A stretch of DNA of 64,000 bases from Clostridia bacterium. GTDB taxonomy: Bacteria; CBDUZB01; JAGLHV01. Each line of letters starts with the position of its first letter. The stretch's first letter is position 1. Below the pieces are notes generated by a model. It ran no database searches. It saw nothing but the letters and a program-made list of their open reading frames with translations, and was not told the DNA's origin. Below are positions 11,027-20,304 of this stretch, one piece after another. Position numbers and translations under genes: made by a program. The DNA lies in NCBI GenBank assembly GCA_030595925.1, contig JAUVLC010000001.1, positions 1,476 through 65,475 on the forward strand, read 5' to 3'.

Positions 11027-13194
11027 TAGTCCTGTTTATAATCATTTTTATCAATTAAAATCTTCCGTGATTTAGTATTATCTGCCAAAGAACTAATTAT
11101 CCCATCTTCTTCCATACTATCAATTAATTTTGCAGCTCTTATATAACCAATCCCTAATTTTCGTTGAAGAAAAGAAGTAGATGCCTGATTTGCCTTAATT
11201 ACTAAATTAACAGCTTCATCAAACAAGGAATCTTTTTCTTTTTTTTCACCTTGTTTATGTTCTGTATGCAAAAAGTTAAAATTATAATTTGGTTTTCCGT
11301 TTGCTTTTATAAATTTTATTATTCGTTTACTTTCTTCATCAGAAACAAATGCACCCTGCAATCTTATTGGTTTACTGGCTCCTGATGGTAAAAAAAGCAT
11401 ATCCCCTTTTCCAATTAAGTCCTCAGCACCATTTACATCCAAAATAACCCGGGAATCCATTTTCGAAAGAACCTGAAAAGCAATACGCGAAGGAAGATTT
11501 GCTTTGATTAACCCGGTAATAACATTTACCGAAGGCCGCTGCGTAGCTAAAATTAAATGAATCCCCACTGCCCGTCCCATTTGAGAAAGCCGAATAATTG
11601 ATTCTTCTACTTCTCGGGAAGAAACCATCATTAAATCAGCAAGTTCATCAATAATAACAACTAAATAACATTCTCTATCTCCTTCTCCCGAAACAGAAGA
11701 TGATTTTGCAGCTGATTTATTATAAGATTCTATGTTCCGTACCATTCTTTTAGAAAATTTTTCATATCTTTCTTCCATTATTTTTATTAGTGCCCTGAGA
11801 ACAAAAGTGGCTTGTTTAGACTTACAAATTACCGGAGCATAAAGATGGGGAATCCCGTCATAAACTGACAACTCTAACCTTTTCGGATCAATTAATACAA
11901 ATTTTACTTCATCAGGTTTAGATTTATAAAGAATACTTGTAATAATTGTCTTCACCCCAATACTTTTTCCTGAACCGGTAGCCCCGGCTATAAGTAAATG
12001 CGGCATAGATGCTAAATCCGCAACATAGGGAATTCCTGCAACAGTTAAACCCAAACCTATCGTTAATTTTGAAGAGGAATTCCTGAATTTATCAGTCATT
12101 AATATCCTTTTCAAACCAACAAAGCTGCTTTTAAGATTGGGTATTTCTATGCCTACTGCTGCTTTACCCGGTATGGGCGCTAAAATTCTTACATTACCCG
12201 ATTTCATAGTTAAAGCAATGTCATTGGATAAATTAAGAATACGGCTTACCTTTACACCCGGAGCAAGTTCAATTTCATAACGGGTAATTATAGGTCCCGG
12301 ATTAACCTGTACCACTTTAGCTTTAATATCAAAATTGTTTAAAGTCTTCTCCAAAAGAAAAGCATTCTCTTTCAGATCTTCTTCCTTTTGTTTTATTTTC
12401 GTTGTAGATGGATTGACAAGAAAATCTAAAGAAGGTAATTTGTATTCAACCGGACATTGAAAGGAATTTCGACTACCCGAAAAAAAATTCTTAAAAACTC
12501 CCTTTTTACTTTCTTCATTAAGACTTTTTTTATCATTTAAAAATTTCTCTTTTTTATTAAACAATTGGCAGGAAAAAAATTTGTCGGAATGCACGGATGA
12601 GCCAATTTTTATATCCCTCTTATTTTCGCGTAAATTATTTTCTTTAATAAAAAAGGAAAAAAATGCTTTTGCTTTTTTTGCGGCATAACTAAAAACCCTT
12701 AACGGCTGTTTATTCAAAAAACCAATCAAGGAAAAACCCGTAGTCAAAACAACGGATATGATCAATATCGTAATAAATAATATATAACTTCCTATATATC
12801 CAAATCCACTTAGTAAAAGTTTTGAAAAATATTCTCCAAACACTCCTCCATCCACTTTAGAAAAATCAAAAAAACTAAATAAAGAACAACTTCCGATTAA
12901 AAACAATAATACCCCAATAATTTTAAAAGTTATTTTATCAATCTTTTCTCTTTTAAAAAAACTTACTCCTCCAAGAAACACAAGCAGAGGTAAAAAATAA
13001 CTCCCTCCTCCAAGATAAAGAAGTAAATACTTAGCTAAAAATTCCCCAAAAACGCCGACATAACAAACTTTACCTGAAGAAAGCAAGCTCAATAAAATCA
13101 AAATAGCTAAAGCAAAAAACACAATTGCCACTATCTCAGACTTTCCTTCTTTCCGATGCATTATAGATAATTTCTTATTCTTTCCTTTTTTCAT
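11026..13194 (-). CDS. ftsK: DNA translocase FtsK
   Basis: N-terminal TM helices, motor domain with Walker A GATGSGKS, C-terminal gamma (winged-helix) domain; the start may be GTG at 13236 or ATG at 13194. Confidence 0.85.
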   Translation of the reverse strand: MKKGKNKKLSIMHRKEGKSEIVAIVFFALAILILLSLLSSGKVCYVGVFGEFLAKYLLLYLGGGSYFLPLLVFLGGVSFFKREKIDKITFKIIGVLLFLIGSCSLFSFFDFSKVDGGVFGEYFSKLLLSGFGYIGSYILFITILIISVVLTTGFSLIGFLNKQPLRVFSYAAKKAKAFFSFFIKENNLRENKRDIKIGSSVHSDKFFSCQLFNKKEKFLNDKKSLNEESKKGVFKNFFSGSRNSFQCPVEYKLPSLDFLVNPSTTKIKQKEEDLKENAFLLEKTLNNFDIKAKVVQVNPGPIITRYEIELAPGVKVSRILNLSNDIALTMKSGNVRILAPIPGKAAVGIEIPNLKSSFVGLKRILMTDKFRNSSSKLTIGLGLTVAGIPYVADLASMPHLLIAGATGSGKSIGVKTIITSILYKSKPDEVKFVLIDPKRLELSVYDGIPHLYAPVICKSKQATFVLRALIKIMEERYEKFSKRMVRNIESYNKSAAKSSSVSGEGDRECYLVVIIDELADLMMVSSREVEESIIRLSQMGRAVGIHLILATQRPSVNVITGLIKANLPSRIAFQVLSKMDSRVILDVNGAEDLIGKGDMLFLPSGASKPIRLQGAFVSDEESKRIIKFIKANGKPNYNFNFLHTEHKQGEKKEKDSLFDEAVNLVIKANQASTSFLQRKLGIGYIRAAKLIDSMEEDGIISSLADNTKSRKILIDKNDYKQD

Positions 13195-13225
13195 TGATTC
13201 CAACCTAAACCATTTTCTTTCTAAT

Positions 13226-14026
13226 TTATAATACACTTATAAAGACAATTAATCCTACACTCCAACAATAATAACTAAATAAAATTAGCGTTCGGTTTTT
13301 TAACATTCGTATCAATAATTTTAAACTAAGCCAACCGAAAATGAAAGCAAAAACCATTCCGATTAAATATTGCAGCAACAAAATTTTTTGTCCATTAAAA
13401 TTTAAATTTTTAAATTGAAGGAAATTCGCACCTAATATGGCCGGAAGTGCAAGCAAAAAAGAAAATCGTACTGTCTCTTCTCTCCTCCACCCACATAACA
13501 AACCAGCACAAATGGTTATCCCTGAACGGGAAATCCCGGGCAATATGGCTATTCCTTGCATAAACCCAACAAATAATACATCTTTTACCGTTATTTCCAA
13601 AATACTCTTTTTTTCACTACTTTTAGTAAATTTTTCTACCCACCAAATTAAAGTCCCTGTTACCAAAAGTAAAATCGCCACCAAAGATATATTCTCAAAA
13701 ACTTTTTCAAAATAGTCCTTCAGAAGAATTCCCATTATTGCCGTAGGAACAGATGCAATAAACAACAACCAAAAAGTACGACACCAAATATCCGTCTTCC
13801 ATTGTTTATATTTGTGAAAATTTTTTAAAATTTGCCAAATTTCATTTCGATACAAAGTTATCACCACTAAGGCAGTACTAAAATGTAGTAAAACATCAAA
13901 CAAAACCTGGGATGACTTTATTCGTAAAAAATACTGCATAAAAACCAGATGAGCAGAACTGGAAATAGGCAAAAATTCACTTATTCCCTGAGTTATTCCC
14001 AAAATAATCGATTTAATAAAAGACAT
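13226..14026 (-). CDS. uppP: undecaprenyl-diphosphate phosphatase
   Basis: BacA/UppP signature ILGITQGISEFLPISSSAHL; polytopic membrane protein of 266 aa. Confidence 0.85.
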   Translation of the reverse strand: MSFIKSIILGITQGISEFLPISSSAHLVFMQYFLRIKSSQVLFDVLLHFSTALVVITLYRNEIWQILKNFHKYKQWKTDIWCRTFWLLFIASVPTAIMGILLKDYFEKVFENISLVAILLLVTGTLIWWVEKFTKSSEKKSILEITVKDVLFVGFMQGIAILPGISRSGITICAGLLCGWRREETVRFSFLLALPAILGANFLQFKNLNFNGQKILLLQYLIGMVFAFIFGWLSLKLLIRMLKNRTLILFSYYCWSVGLIVFISVL

Positions 14027-14149
14027 TAATAACTCCTTCTAATAACTAACTTTTAATTATAACAAAAAGTTCCCTTAAAAACAATAAAAAAATGCCTCCT
14101 ATTAACTATTATAATAAGAGGCATTAAAATTTGAAGTTAATTTACTTTA

Positions 14150-14355
14150 GGGTCTGCTGAAAAACCCAGCAGTCCCTGATTTCACAGATTAAAAAGCAGA
14201 TTACACAGATTAAAACTCAGACGACAAAATTGATGTACTTTTTTCAATATCTGTGTAATCAAGGCTTACTGAAAAATTTATATGCAGTCATTTACATATT
14301 TATTCCATCGATATTTTGTCCGCCTGAGGCAAATTCGCATTTTTTCAGTAAGCCC
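14150..14355 (+). repeat. MITE-like ~200-bp dispersed element, copy A
   Basis: GGGTCTGCTGAAAAACCCAGCAG...GGCTTACTGAAAAAT...ATTTTTCAGTAAGCC with internal inverted repeats; two further copies at 34585-34768 (inverted) and 49449-49740. Confidence 0.6.
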
Positions 14356-14552
14356 TACTTTAATGAAATTAGATATCCTTTTTCCCTCTTCTCTATAACC
14401 AATTTATCTTCCCTGGCAAGCCATCCGATACCCATACAAATTAAAGTATTGGAAATTTTTAAATGAGTTTTTAAATTTAAGACTGTGACGTCACCATTCT
14501 GATTTAAATATTCCCATATTCTACCAGCAACTTCTCCTGCCAACTCAACCAT
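14355..14552 (-). CDS. small winged-helix protein (DUF2582-like)
   Basis: 65 aa; pattern resembles the ~60-aa winged-HTH DUF2582 family; low certainty. Confidence 0.35.
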   Translation of the reverse strand: MVELAGEVAGRIWEYLNQNGDVTVLNLKTHLKISNTLICMGIGWLAREDKLVIEKREKGYLISLK

Positions 14553-14594
14553 TTATTAAACTCCTTTTTTTTATTGCATATTTTAAAAAAAGGG

Positions 14595-14632
14595 TGGAAG
14601 TTTCGTTCCACCCTTTTTTTAAAATATTAAAC
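14595..14632. terminator. bidirectional rho-independent terminator
   Basis: AAAAAAAGGGTGGAA-gtttcg-TTCCACCCTTTTTTT: an 8-bp GC-containing stem flanked by an A-run and a T-run. Confidence 0.6.
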
Positions 14633-14637
14633 CATTT

Positions 14638-14736
14638 TTACTTTTTTTTCTTTTTTACTACTTTCTTCTTTGCAACTTTCTTCTTTACCACTTTCTTCTT
14701 TGCAGGTTTCTTTTTCGCTTTTTTCTTAACCACCAT
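14638..14736 (-). CDS. possible 32-aa lysine-rich small basic protein (histone-H1/Hc-like tail)
   Basis: MVVKKKAKKKPAKKKVVKKKVAKKKVVKKKKK; an RBS GAGGTGG lies 7 nt upstream and the terminator at 14595-14632 lies immediately downstream; below the ORF-track size cut-off. Confidence 0.3.
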   Translation of the reverse strand: MVVKKKAKKKPAKKKVVKKKVAKKKVVKKKKK

Positions 14737-14915
14737 TCTTTTACCACCTCTTTTCTTTTTAAAAATTAAGTGCTTACATTTTAATTATATACCCCAAAAA
14801 ATATTTCTGTCAAGAAAAAAATTCATTTTTAATTGTTTTTTTTATTTATTTTTTAAACAAAAAAAAATAAATAAAACTTAAAAATAAAAATTCCGACGTC
14901 AAATTTCATTTAATT

Positions 14916-15404
14916 TTACAAATAAGAAATTGAAAACAAATCCTCACCCTGTTGAACAGACTTCCCATTTTTTATTAATATTTTCATTATCTTACATTTT
15001 TTTTCTGCTTGAATTTCGTTCATCACCTTCATTGCTTCAATAATACATATTGTTTCACCCTTTTCCATAACACTATTTACTTCCACAAAAGGAGGTGAAT
15101 CCGGTGAAGGAGATTCATAAAACACGCCGGGTATCGACGCCTTTATCGTTTCTGTTTCTTTAATATCTTTTTGTTCCACAAAAGAAGCTGTTAAATCAAG
15201 TCCCGCCAAATCCCTGTTTTCTTTCACCATAACCCTCTCTTCTTTACTACCCCTTTCACTTTTTCTTTTTATTTTTATTTTATATTTTTTTTCATCCAAT
15301 TCAATTTCTAATAAATTACTCTTCACCATTAAATCATAAATTTTTTTTATTTCTTTAACGGTCATATCCTCCTTAACTTTGCCCTTACTATTCTTTCTCA
15401 TCAC
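14916..15404 (-). CDS. accB: acetyl-CoA carboxylase biotin carboxyl carrier protein
   Basis: C-terminal biotinyl domain EAMKVMNEIQAEKKCKIMKILIKNGKSVQQGEDLFSI; the true start is probably MTVKEIKKI (15365). Confidence 0.8.
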   Translation of the reverse strand: MMRKNSKGKVKEDMTVKEIKKIYDLMVKSNLLEIELDEKKYKIKIKRKSERGSKEERVMVKENRDLAGLDLTASFVEQKDIKETETIKASIPGVFYESPSPDSPPFVEVNSVMEKGETICIIEAMKVMNEIQAEKKCKIMKILIKNGKSVQQGEDLFSISYL

Positions 15405-15440
15405 AACCCCTCAACATAAAAATTAAATTATTTTTTCCTG

Positions 15441-17507
15441 TTAATCTAAAACTGCTTTTCGTGACAAATTTATTCTTCCCTGCTTATCTATTTCCATTAC
15501 TTTAACGCTAATTATTTCTCCTTCTTTAAGAACATCCTCAACTTTATTTACTCTTTTTTTGTCCAATTGAGAAATATGAACCAATCCTTCCTGTCCCGGC
15601 AATACTTCCACAAAAGCTCCAAAAGGAACTATTCGCATAACCTTCCCTTTATATACTTTTCCCACTTCAACCTCAGCAGTTAAATTCTCAATTATTTCCC
15701 GGGCTTTTTTTACAGCAGAAATTTCCGTTGCGGAAATAAATATTTTTCCATCATCATCAATATTAATTTCCACATTCGTCTCTTCTGTTATTTTTCTAAT
15801 TGTTTTTCCTCCCGCACCAATTACCGTCCTGATTTTTTCCGGATTTATTTGCAAAATTGAAATTTTCGGAGCATAAGAAGAAACTTCCTTTCTGGAATCA
15901 CTTATTACTTGTTCCATTTCTCCCAGGATAAATAATCTTCCGTTTTTTGCTTCCTTTATAACTTCTTTTAGAATCTGTAAACTAACACCTTTTATTTTAA
16001 TATCCATTTGTAATGCAGTAATACCTTTTCGCGAACCTGCTAATTTAAAATCCATATCACCTAAGTGATCTTCTAATCCCTGGATATCAGTAAGAACTCT
16101 AAATTTTTCCCCTTCTTTAATTAAGCCCATTGCCACACCCGCTACCGGCCCGGAAATTGGAACCCCTGCATCCATTAAAGAAAGACTTCCTCCACAAACA
16201 GATGCCATAGAAGAAGAACCATTAGATTCCAAAATATCAGATACAAGTCGTATAGTATAAGGAAATTTTTCATCCGAAGGTAATACCGGTATCAAAGATC
16301 GCTCGGCTAATATTCCATGACCTATTTCTCTTCTCCCCGGTCCCCGGTCAGGTTTTACCTCTCCGGTACTAAAAGAGAGGAAATTGTAATGAAGCATAAA
16401 TCTTTTCTTATATTCTTTCTCCAACCCATCAACAATCTGCATATCCGAACTGGTTCCTAAAGTAGTAACTGCCAAAGATTGTGTTTGCCCCCGAGTAAAT
16501 AAACCGGAACCATGAACACAAGGTAAAAATCCAACCTTACAGGTAATAGGCCTTATCTCTTCCGGATTCCTTCCGTCTAAACGTTTCCCTTCTTCTATAA
16601 TCAACTTTCTTACCCGGGCAGATAACAATTCTTTTATTATACCTGAAACTGCATCAGACTTATCACCAATAATATCCTTGAAATGAATCAAGGTTTTATC
16701 CTTTATTTCTTTTATTATTTTCTCTCTTTCTTCTCCATCCTTAATTAAAACGGCATTATTGATATTCTCTTTACAAAATTCTTTTATTTTGTTTTTGTCT
16801 TCATCGCTTAAAAAATTACTTTCCACAAATTCTATTTTTCCTTTTCCATTATCCTTTACAAATTCTTCTTCTTTTTCCACTATTACTTTTATTTGAGAAA
16901 AAGCCGCTTCTAAGGCTTCAAATAAATCTTCTTCTGATATTTCCTTGGTGATCCCTTCCACCATAACAATACTTTCTTTAGTTCCGGTAACTACAATATC
17001 TAAATCACTCTTTTCCATTTCAGATAATAAAGGATTAATCTTAAGATTTCCATCAATCCTTCCTATTCTTACCGCACCTATGAGATTATCAAAGGGAATA
17101 TCTGAAAGGCCAAGAGCAACAGAAGCCCCTATAATAGCCGGAATATCGGAATTATTTTCCTGATCAGAGGAAAGAACCATTGCTATTATTTGTATTTTTC
17201 TGTCTACCTGTTGAGGAAACAAAGGCCTGACGGAACGATCAATCAATCGTGAAGTTAATATCTCTTTTTCCCTAGGCCGTCCTTCTCTTTTAAAAAATCC
17301 ACCCGGGACCTTCCCTGCAGCATAAGTTCTCTCTTTGTAATCTACAAACAAAGGAAGAAAATTCATTGATTCTTCTACTTCAAAAGACGCCGTTACCGTC
17401 ACCAGTACTACCGTTCCACCATATTGTACTAAAACAGAACCATTAGATTGTTTAGCCAATTCACCTGTTTGTATTATTAAATCTTCTTCCCCTAATTTGA
17501 ATTTCAT
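15441..17507 (-). CDS. pnp: polyribonucleotide nucleotidyltransferase (PNPase)
   Basis: 688 aa; two RNase PH domains plus C-terminal KH and S1 domains. Confidence 0.95.
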   Translation of the reverse strand: MKFKLGEEDLIIQTGELAKQSNGSVLVQYGGTVVLVTVTASFEVEESMNFLPLFVDYKERTYAAGKVPGGFFKREGRPREKEILTSRLIDRSVRPLFPQQVDRKIQIIAMVLSSDQENNSDIPAIIGASVALGLSDIPFDNLIGAVRIGRIDGNLKINPLLSEMEKSDLDIVVTGTKESIVMVEGITKEISEEDLFEALEAAFSQIKVIVEKEEEFVKDNGKGKIEFVESNFLSDEDKNKIKEFCKENINNAVLIKDGEEREKIIKEIKDKTLIHFKDIIGDKSDAVSGIIKELLSARVRKLIIEEGKRLDGRNPEEIRPITCKVGFLPCVHGSGLFTRGQTQSLAVTTLGTSSDMQIVDGLEKEYKKRFMLHYNFLSFSTGEVKPDRGPGRREIGHGILAERSLIPVLPSDEKFPYTIRLVSDILESNGSSSMASVCGGSLSLMDAGVPISGPVAGVAMGLIKEGEKFRVLTDIQGLEDHLGDMDFKLAGSRKGITALQMDIKIKGVSLQILKEVIKEAKNGRLFILGEMEQVISDSRKEVSSYAPKISILQINPEKIRTVIGAGGKTIRKITEETNVEINIDDDGKIFISATEISAVKKAREIIENLTAEVEVGKVYKGKVMRIVPFGAFVEVLPGQEGLVHISQLDKKRVNKVEDVLKEGEIISVKVMEIDKQGRINLSRKAVLD

Positions 17508-17547
17508 CTTGTTAACACTCCTTATCCTTTAATTTGTTTAATATTTT

Positions 17548-17817
17548 TTATTTGCGTAAACCCAATTTATTGATGGTTTGTCTGTATTCTTTGAGATTAT
17601 ACTCTTTCAAATAATTCAGCAACTTCCGCCTTCTCCCTACTAATTTTAAAAGTCCTGTACGAGAATGATGATCTTTTTTGTGCGTTTTAAAATGTTCATT
17701 CAAATATTCAATTCGAGAAGTTAAGAGTGCAACCTGCACCTGAGAAGACCCGGTATCTTTCTCATGGCTTTTAAATTTATTAACAACCCCCTTTTTTGAT
17801 TCTTTGTTTAAACTCAT
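17548..17817 (-). CDS. rpsO: 30S ribosomal protein S15
   Basis: 89 aa; [48 protein letters not shown]. Confidence 0.95.
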   Translation of the reverse strand: MSLNKESKKGVVNKFKSHEKDTGSSQVQVALLTSRIEYLNEHFKTHKKDHHSRTGLLKLVGRRRKLLNYLKEYNLKEYRQTINKLGLRK

Positions 17818-17856
17818 TATATACTACCTCCTCATTCTATTTAATTTAAATATAAA

Positions 17857-18840
17857 CTAATTATGAAATTTTATTTTATCATATTTTACTTTTTTTGTAA
17901 ACATTTTAAAAAGATAATTTCTTTTATCTTTTTTTTGTGCACCCTTTATATCCTTAATCATCTGTCTGACTAATTCTTCTTTATTATTGAATTTCTTTTC
18001 ATCCCGTATTTTTTTAATTAATTCTATTTCTATTTTTTTCCTATAAATATTTTTATTAAACCCAAAAATATGGACTTCAACTGTTTTCTTATCCGCTTTT
18101 GAATACAAAGTAGGGCGAAAACCAATATTAACAATACCCCCATACCGTCTTGCTTTATAAAACACATCAGCCAAATAAACTCCCTGTGGTAAAATTACAT
18201 TTTTTGAACAACTCAGATTTGCTGTAGGAATATTCCACTTCATACCAATACCCTTCCCTTTAACTACTATCCCTGAAAATTTGTACCTATAACCCAACAG
18301 GCTATTAGCAATGTCGAGCTTTCCCTCTTGTAACAACTGTCTGATTTTCGTACTACTTACTAACAGATTTCCAACCTTAAAAGGAGAAATTATGTTTACT
18401 TTTATATTATATTTTTTTCCTTCTTTTTTTAAATCATTAATATTTCCTGTTCGCTTGTATCCAAAACCAAAATTATATCCAACAAAAATTTCTTTGCATC
18501 CGATTTTTTTCCACAATATCTCTCTTACGAAAGTCTCGTGAGTCATATTAACAACTTTTCTATCAAAATTTATTACCAGCATTACATCTACGCCTATATC
18601 CCTTAATAATTTTTCTTTTTGTTTAAGGGTAGACAATAAATATATTTTTTTTTCAGAAAAAATTATGTTTCTGGGATGTAAATCAAAGGTAACAACCATA
18701 CTGGAAAGATGTAACCGGCAAGCACGTCTCACGGCAGAATTAACCACTTTCTGATGACCTCGGTGAACTCCATCAAACACACCCATAGTTACTACGAAAT
18801 TCTTCTTTTTTAACCCATTTAAACCATTAATAACCTTCAT
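17857..18840 (-). CDS. ribF: bifunctional riboflavin kinase / FMN adenylyltransferase
   Basis: N-terminal nucleotidyltransferase motif VVTMGVFDGVHRGHQ followed by a C-terminal riboflavin-kinase domain. Confidence 0.9.
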   Translation of the reverse strand: MKVINGLNGLKKKNFVVTMGVFDGVHRGHQKVVNSAVRRACRLHLSSMVVTFDLHPRNIIFSEKKIYLLSTLKQKEKLLRDIGVDVMLVINFDRKVVNMTHETFVREILWKKIGCKEIFVGYNFGFGYKRTGNINDLKKEGKKYNIKVNIISPFKVGNLLVSSTKIRQLLQEGKLDIANSLLGYRYKFSGIVVKGKGIGMKWNIPTANLSCSKNVILPQGVYLADVFYKARRYGGIVNIGFRPTLYSKADKKTVEVHIFGFNKNIYRKKIEIELIKKIRDEKKFNNKEELVRQMIKDIKGAQKKDKRNYLFKMFTKKVKYDKIKFHN

Positions 18841-18877
18841 TTTTTACAACTATTTCCCTTAAAAAACAATTTTATTT

Positions 18878-19870
18878 TTATAATTTTTTACTCGCATATT
18901 CTTGAGCCGCATCCAATACTTGTTTTTTTACTTCTTTAAGTGTTCCGCATATTTTACAACCTGCCGCTTTAATATGTCCCCCTCCACCAAAAAGAACAGC
19001 AATTTTTCTCACATCAGCTTTTCCATTGGAACGAAAACTTACTTTGATAAAATCTTTTTTCTCTTGAAACAAAATAGCTATTTCTACACCAAAAATCATT
19101 GAAGCATAATTAATAAGACCTTCCGTCTCCTGTCCGTTTACACCTGTTTTTTCATATATCTTTTTATTAACTTCTAAATAAGCAATTTTATTTGCTGAAC
19201 TAAGCTTTAAAGTAGAAAGAACCATACTTAATAATTTTTGTTCCTGAAAACTTTTATTTTGATAAACCTTTTTTGATATTTCTTTAGGTAAAACTCCCAA
19301 TCTTAAAAGTTCGCTGGCAATGGAAAAGACATTGGAAGAAGTATTACTTTCCTGGAACTTACAGGTGTCCGTTAAAAGTCCCACATAAATGCATACTGCT
19401 TCCCGGAAAGTTAATTTATTCTTTGCTTCTTTTAATAAATAATATATTTGTTCAACGGTTGAACTAAATTTATGGTCAACAAAATTGATATCTCCAAACA
19501 AAGGAGTTTTAATATGATGATCAATATTTACCATTATTTTCGTTTGTTTTTTAAAATCTATAATATCCCCTGTCCTTTCCTGAGAACCACAATCCAAAAT
19601 AAATGCTACGTCGAATACCCCTTTTATTTTTTTTCCTTCTTTTATCTTTTCACTCCCCGGTAAAAACTGATAACTGAAAGGAATCGGATCTACCATTGCA
19701 ACACAAACCTTTTTTCCTTTACTTTCTAAATATGCTGCCAGAGCAAGGCTCGAACCAAAACTATCCCCATCAGGATGAATATGACTGGTAACAAAAAAAG
19801 TATTATTTTTATCAATAACATTTAAAATTTCTTTTAATATCTCTTTTTCTTTCTTAAGCAACCTTTTCAT
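18878..19870 (-). CDS. DHH/DHHA1 phosphoesterase (NrnA-like)
   Basis: DHH motifs (HIHPDGDSFGSS...DHH) plus a DHHA1 C-terminus (GGGH); it occupies the slot where truB usually sits. Confidence 0.65.
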   Translation of the reverse strand: MKRLLKKEKEILKEILNVIDKNNTFFVTSHIHPDGDSFGSSLALAAYLESKGKKVCVAMVDPIPFSYQFLPGSEKIKEGKKIKGVFDVAFILDCGSQERTGDIIDFKKQTKIMVNIDHHIKTPLFGDINFVDHKFSSTVEQIYYLLKEAKNKLTFREAVCIYVGLLTDTCKFQESNTSSNVFSIASELLRLGVLPKEISKKVYQNKSFQEQKLLSMVLSTLKLSSANKIAYLEVNKKIYEKTGVNGQETEGLINYASMIFGVEIAILFQEKKDFIKVSFRSNGKADVRKIAVLFGGGGHIKAAGCKICGTLKEVKKQVLDAAQEYASKKL

Positions 19871-19882
19871 TTTTCTATTACC

Positions 19883-20251
19883 TTAAGTCTGCTTTTCATT
19901 CTTTTTTATTTTTTCTAATAAATCCGTAATATGAGAAGCATCTTCCGGTATCCGGTCATAAAAAAATTCAATATGAGGTGTATATCTTAGTCTCACCCTT
20001 CTACCTATTTGCCGACGAATAAAAGAATTAGATGCTTTTAAAATTTCAGATGTTTCTTTTCTGTTTTTTTCCGTACCATAAACACTGTAATAAACCTTTG
20101 CATGCCGCAAATCATTAGTAACTTTTACCTGAGTTATAGTTATAAAACCAAGTTTAGGGTTATTTATTTCCCTTCGTATGATCCCGTTTATTTCTTCACG
20201 CAAAAGCTCACTCACCCGCTCAGATCTATTAGACACCGCTCCCCCTCTCAT
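19883..20251 (-). CDS. rbfA: ribosome-binding factor A
   Basis: 122 aa; RSERVSELLREEI...NPKLGFITITQVKVTNDLRHAKVYYSV. Confidence 0.85.
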   Translation of the reverse strand: MRGGAVSNRSERVSELLREEINGIIRREINNPKLGFITITQVKVTNDLRHAKVYYSVYGTEKNRKETSEILKASNSFIRRQIGRRVRLRYTPHIEFFYDRIPEDASHITDLLEKIKKNEKQT

Positions 20252-20304
20252 ACATTATCTAATGATTATAATCATATACTAAACTTAAATAATACAATTT
20301 ATTC

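Noticed and set aside
14594-14881. 95-aa F-rich ORF on the plus strand
   Set aside because: It is a low-complexity poly-Phe translation of a T-rich repeat. The opposite strand carries the more plausible short Lys-rich ORF and the terminator.
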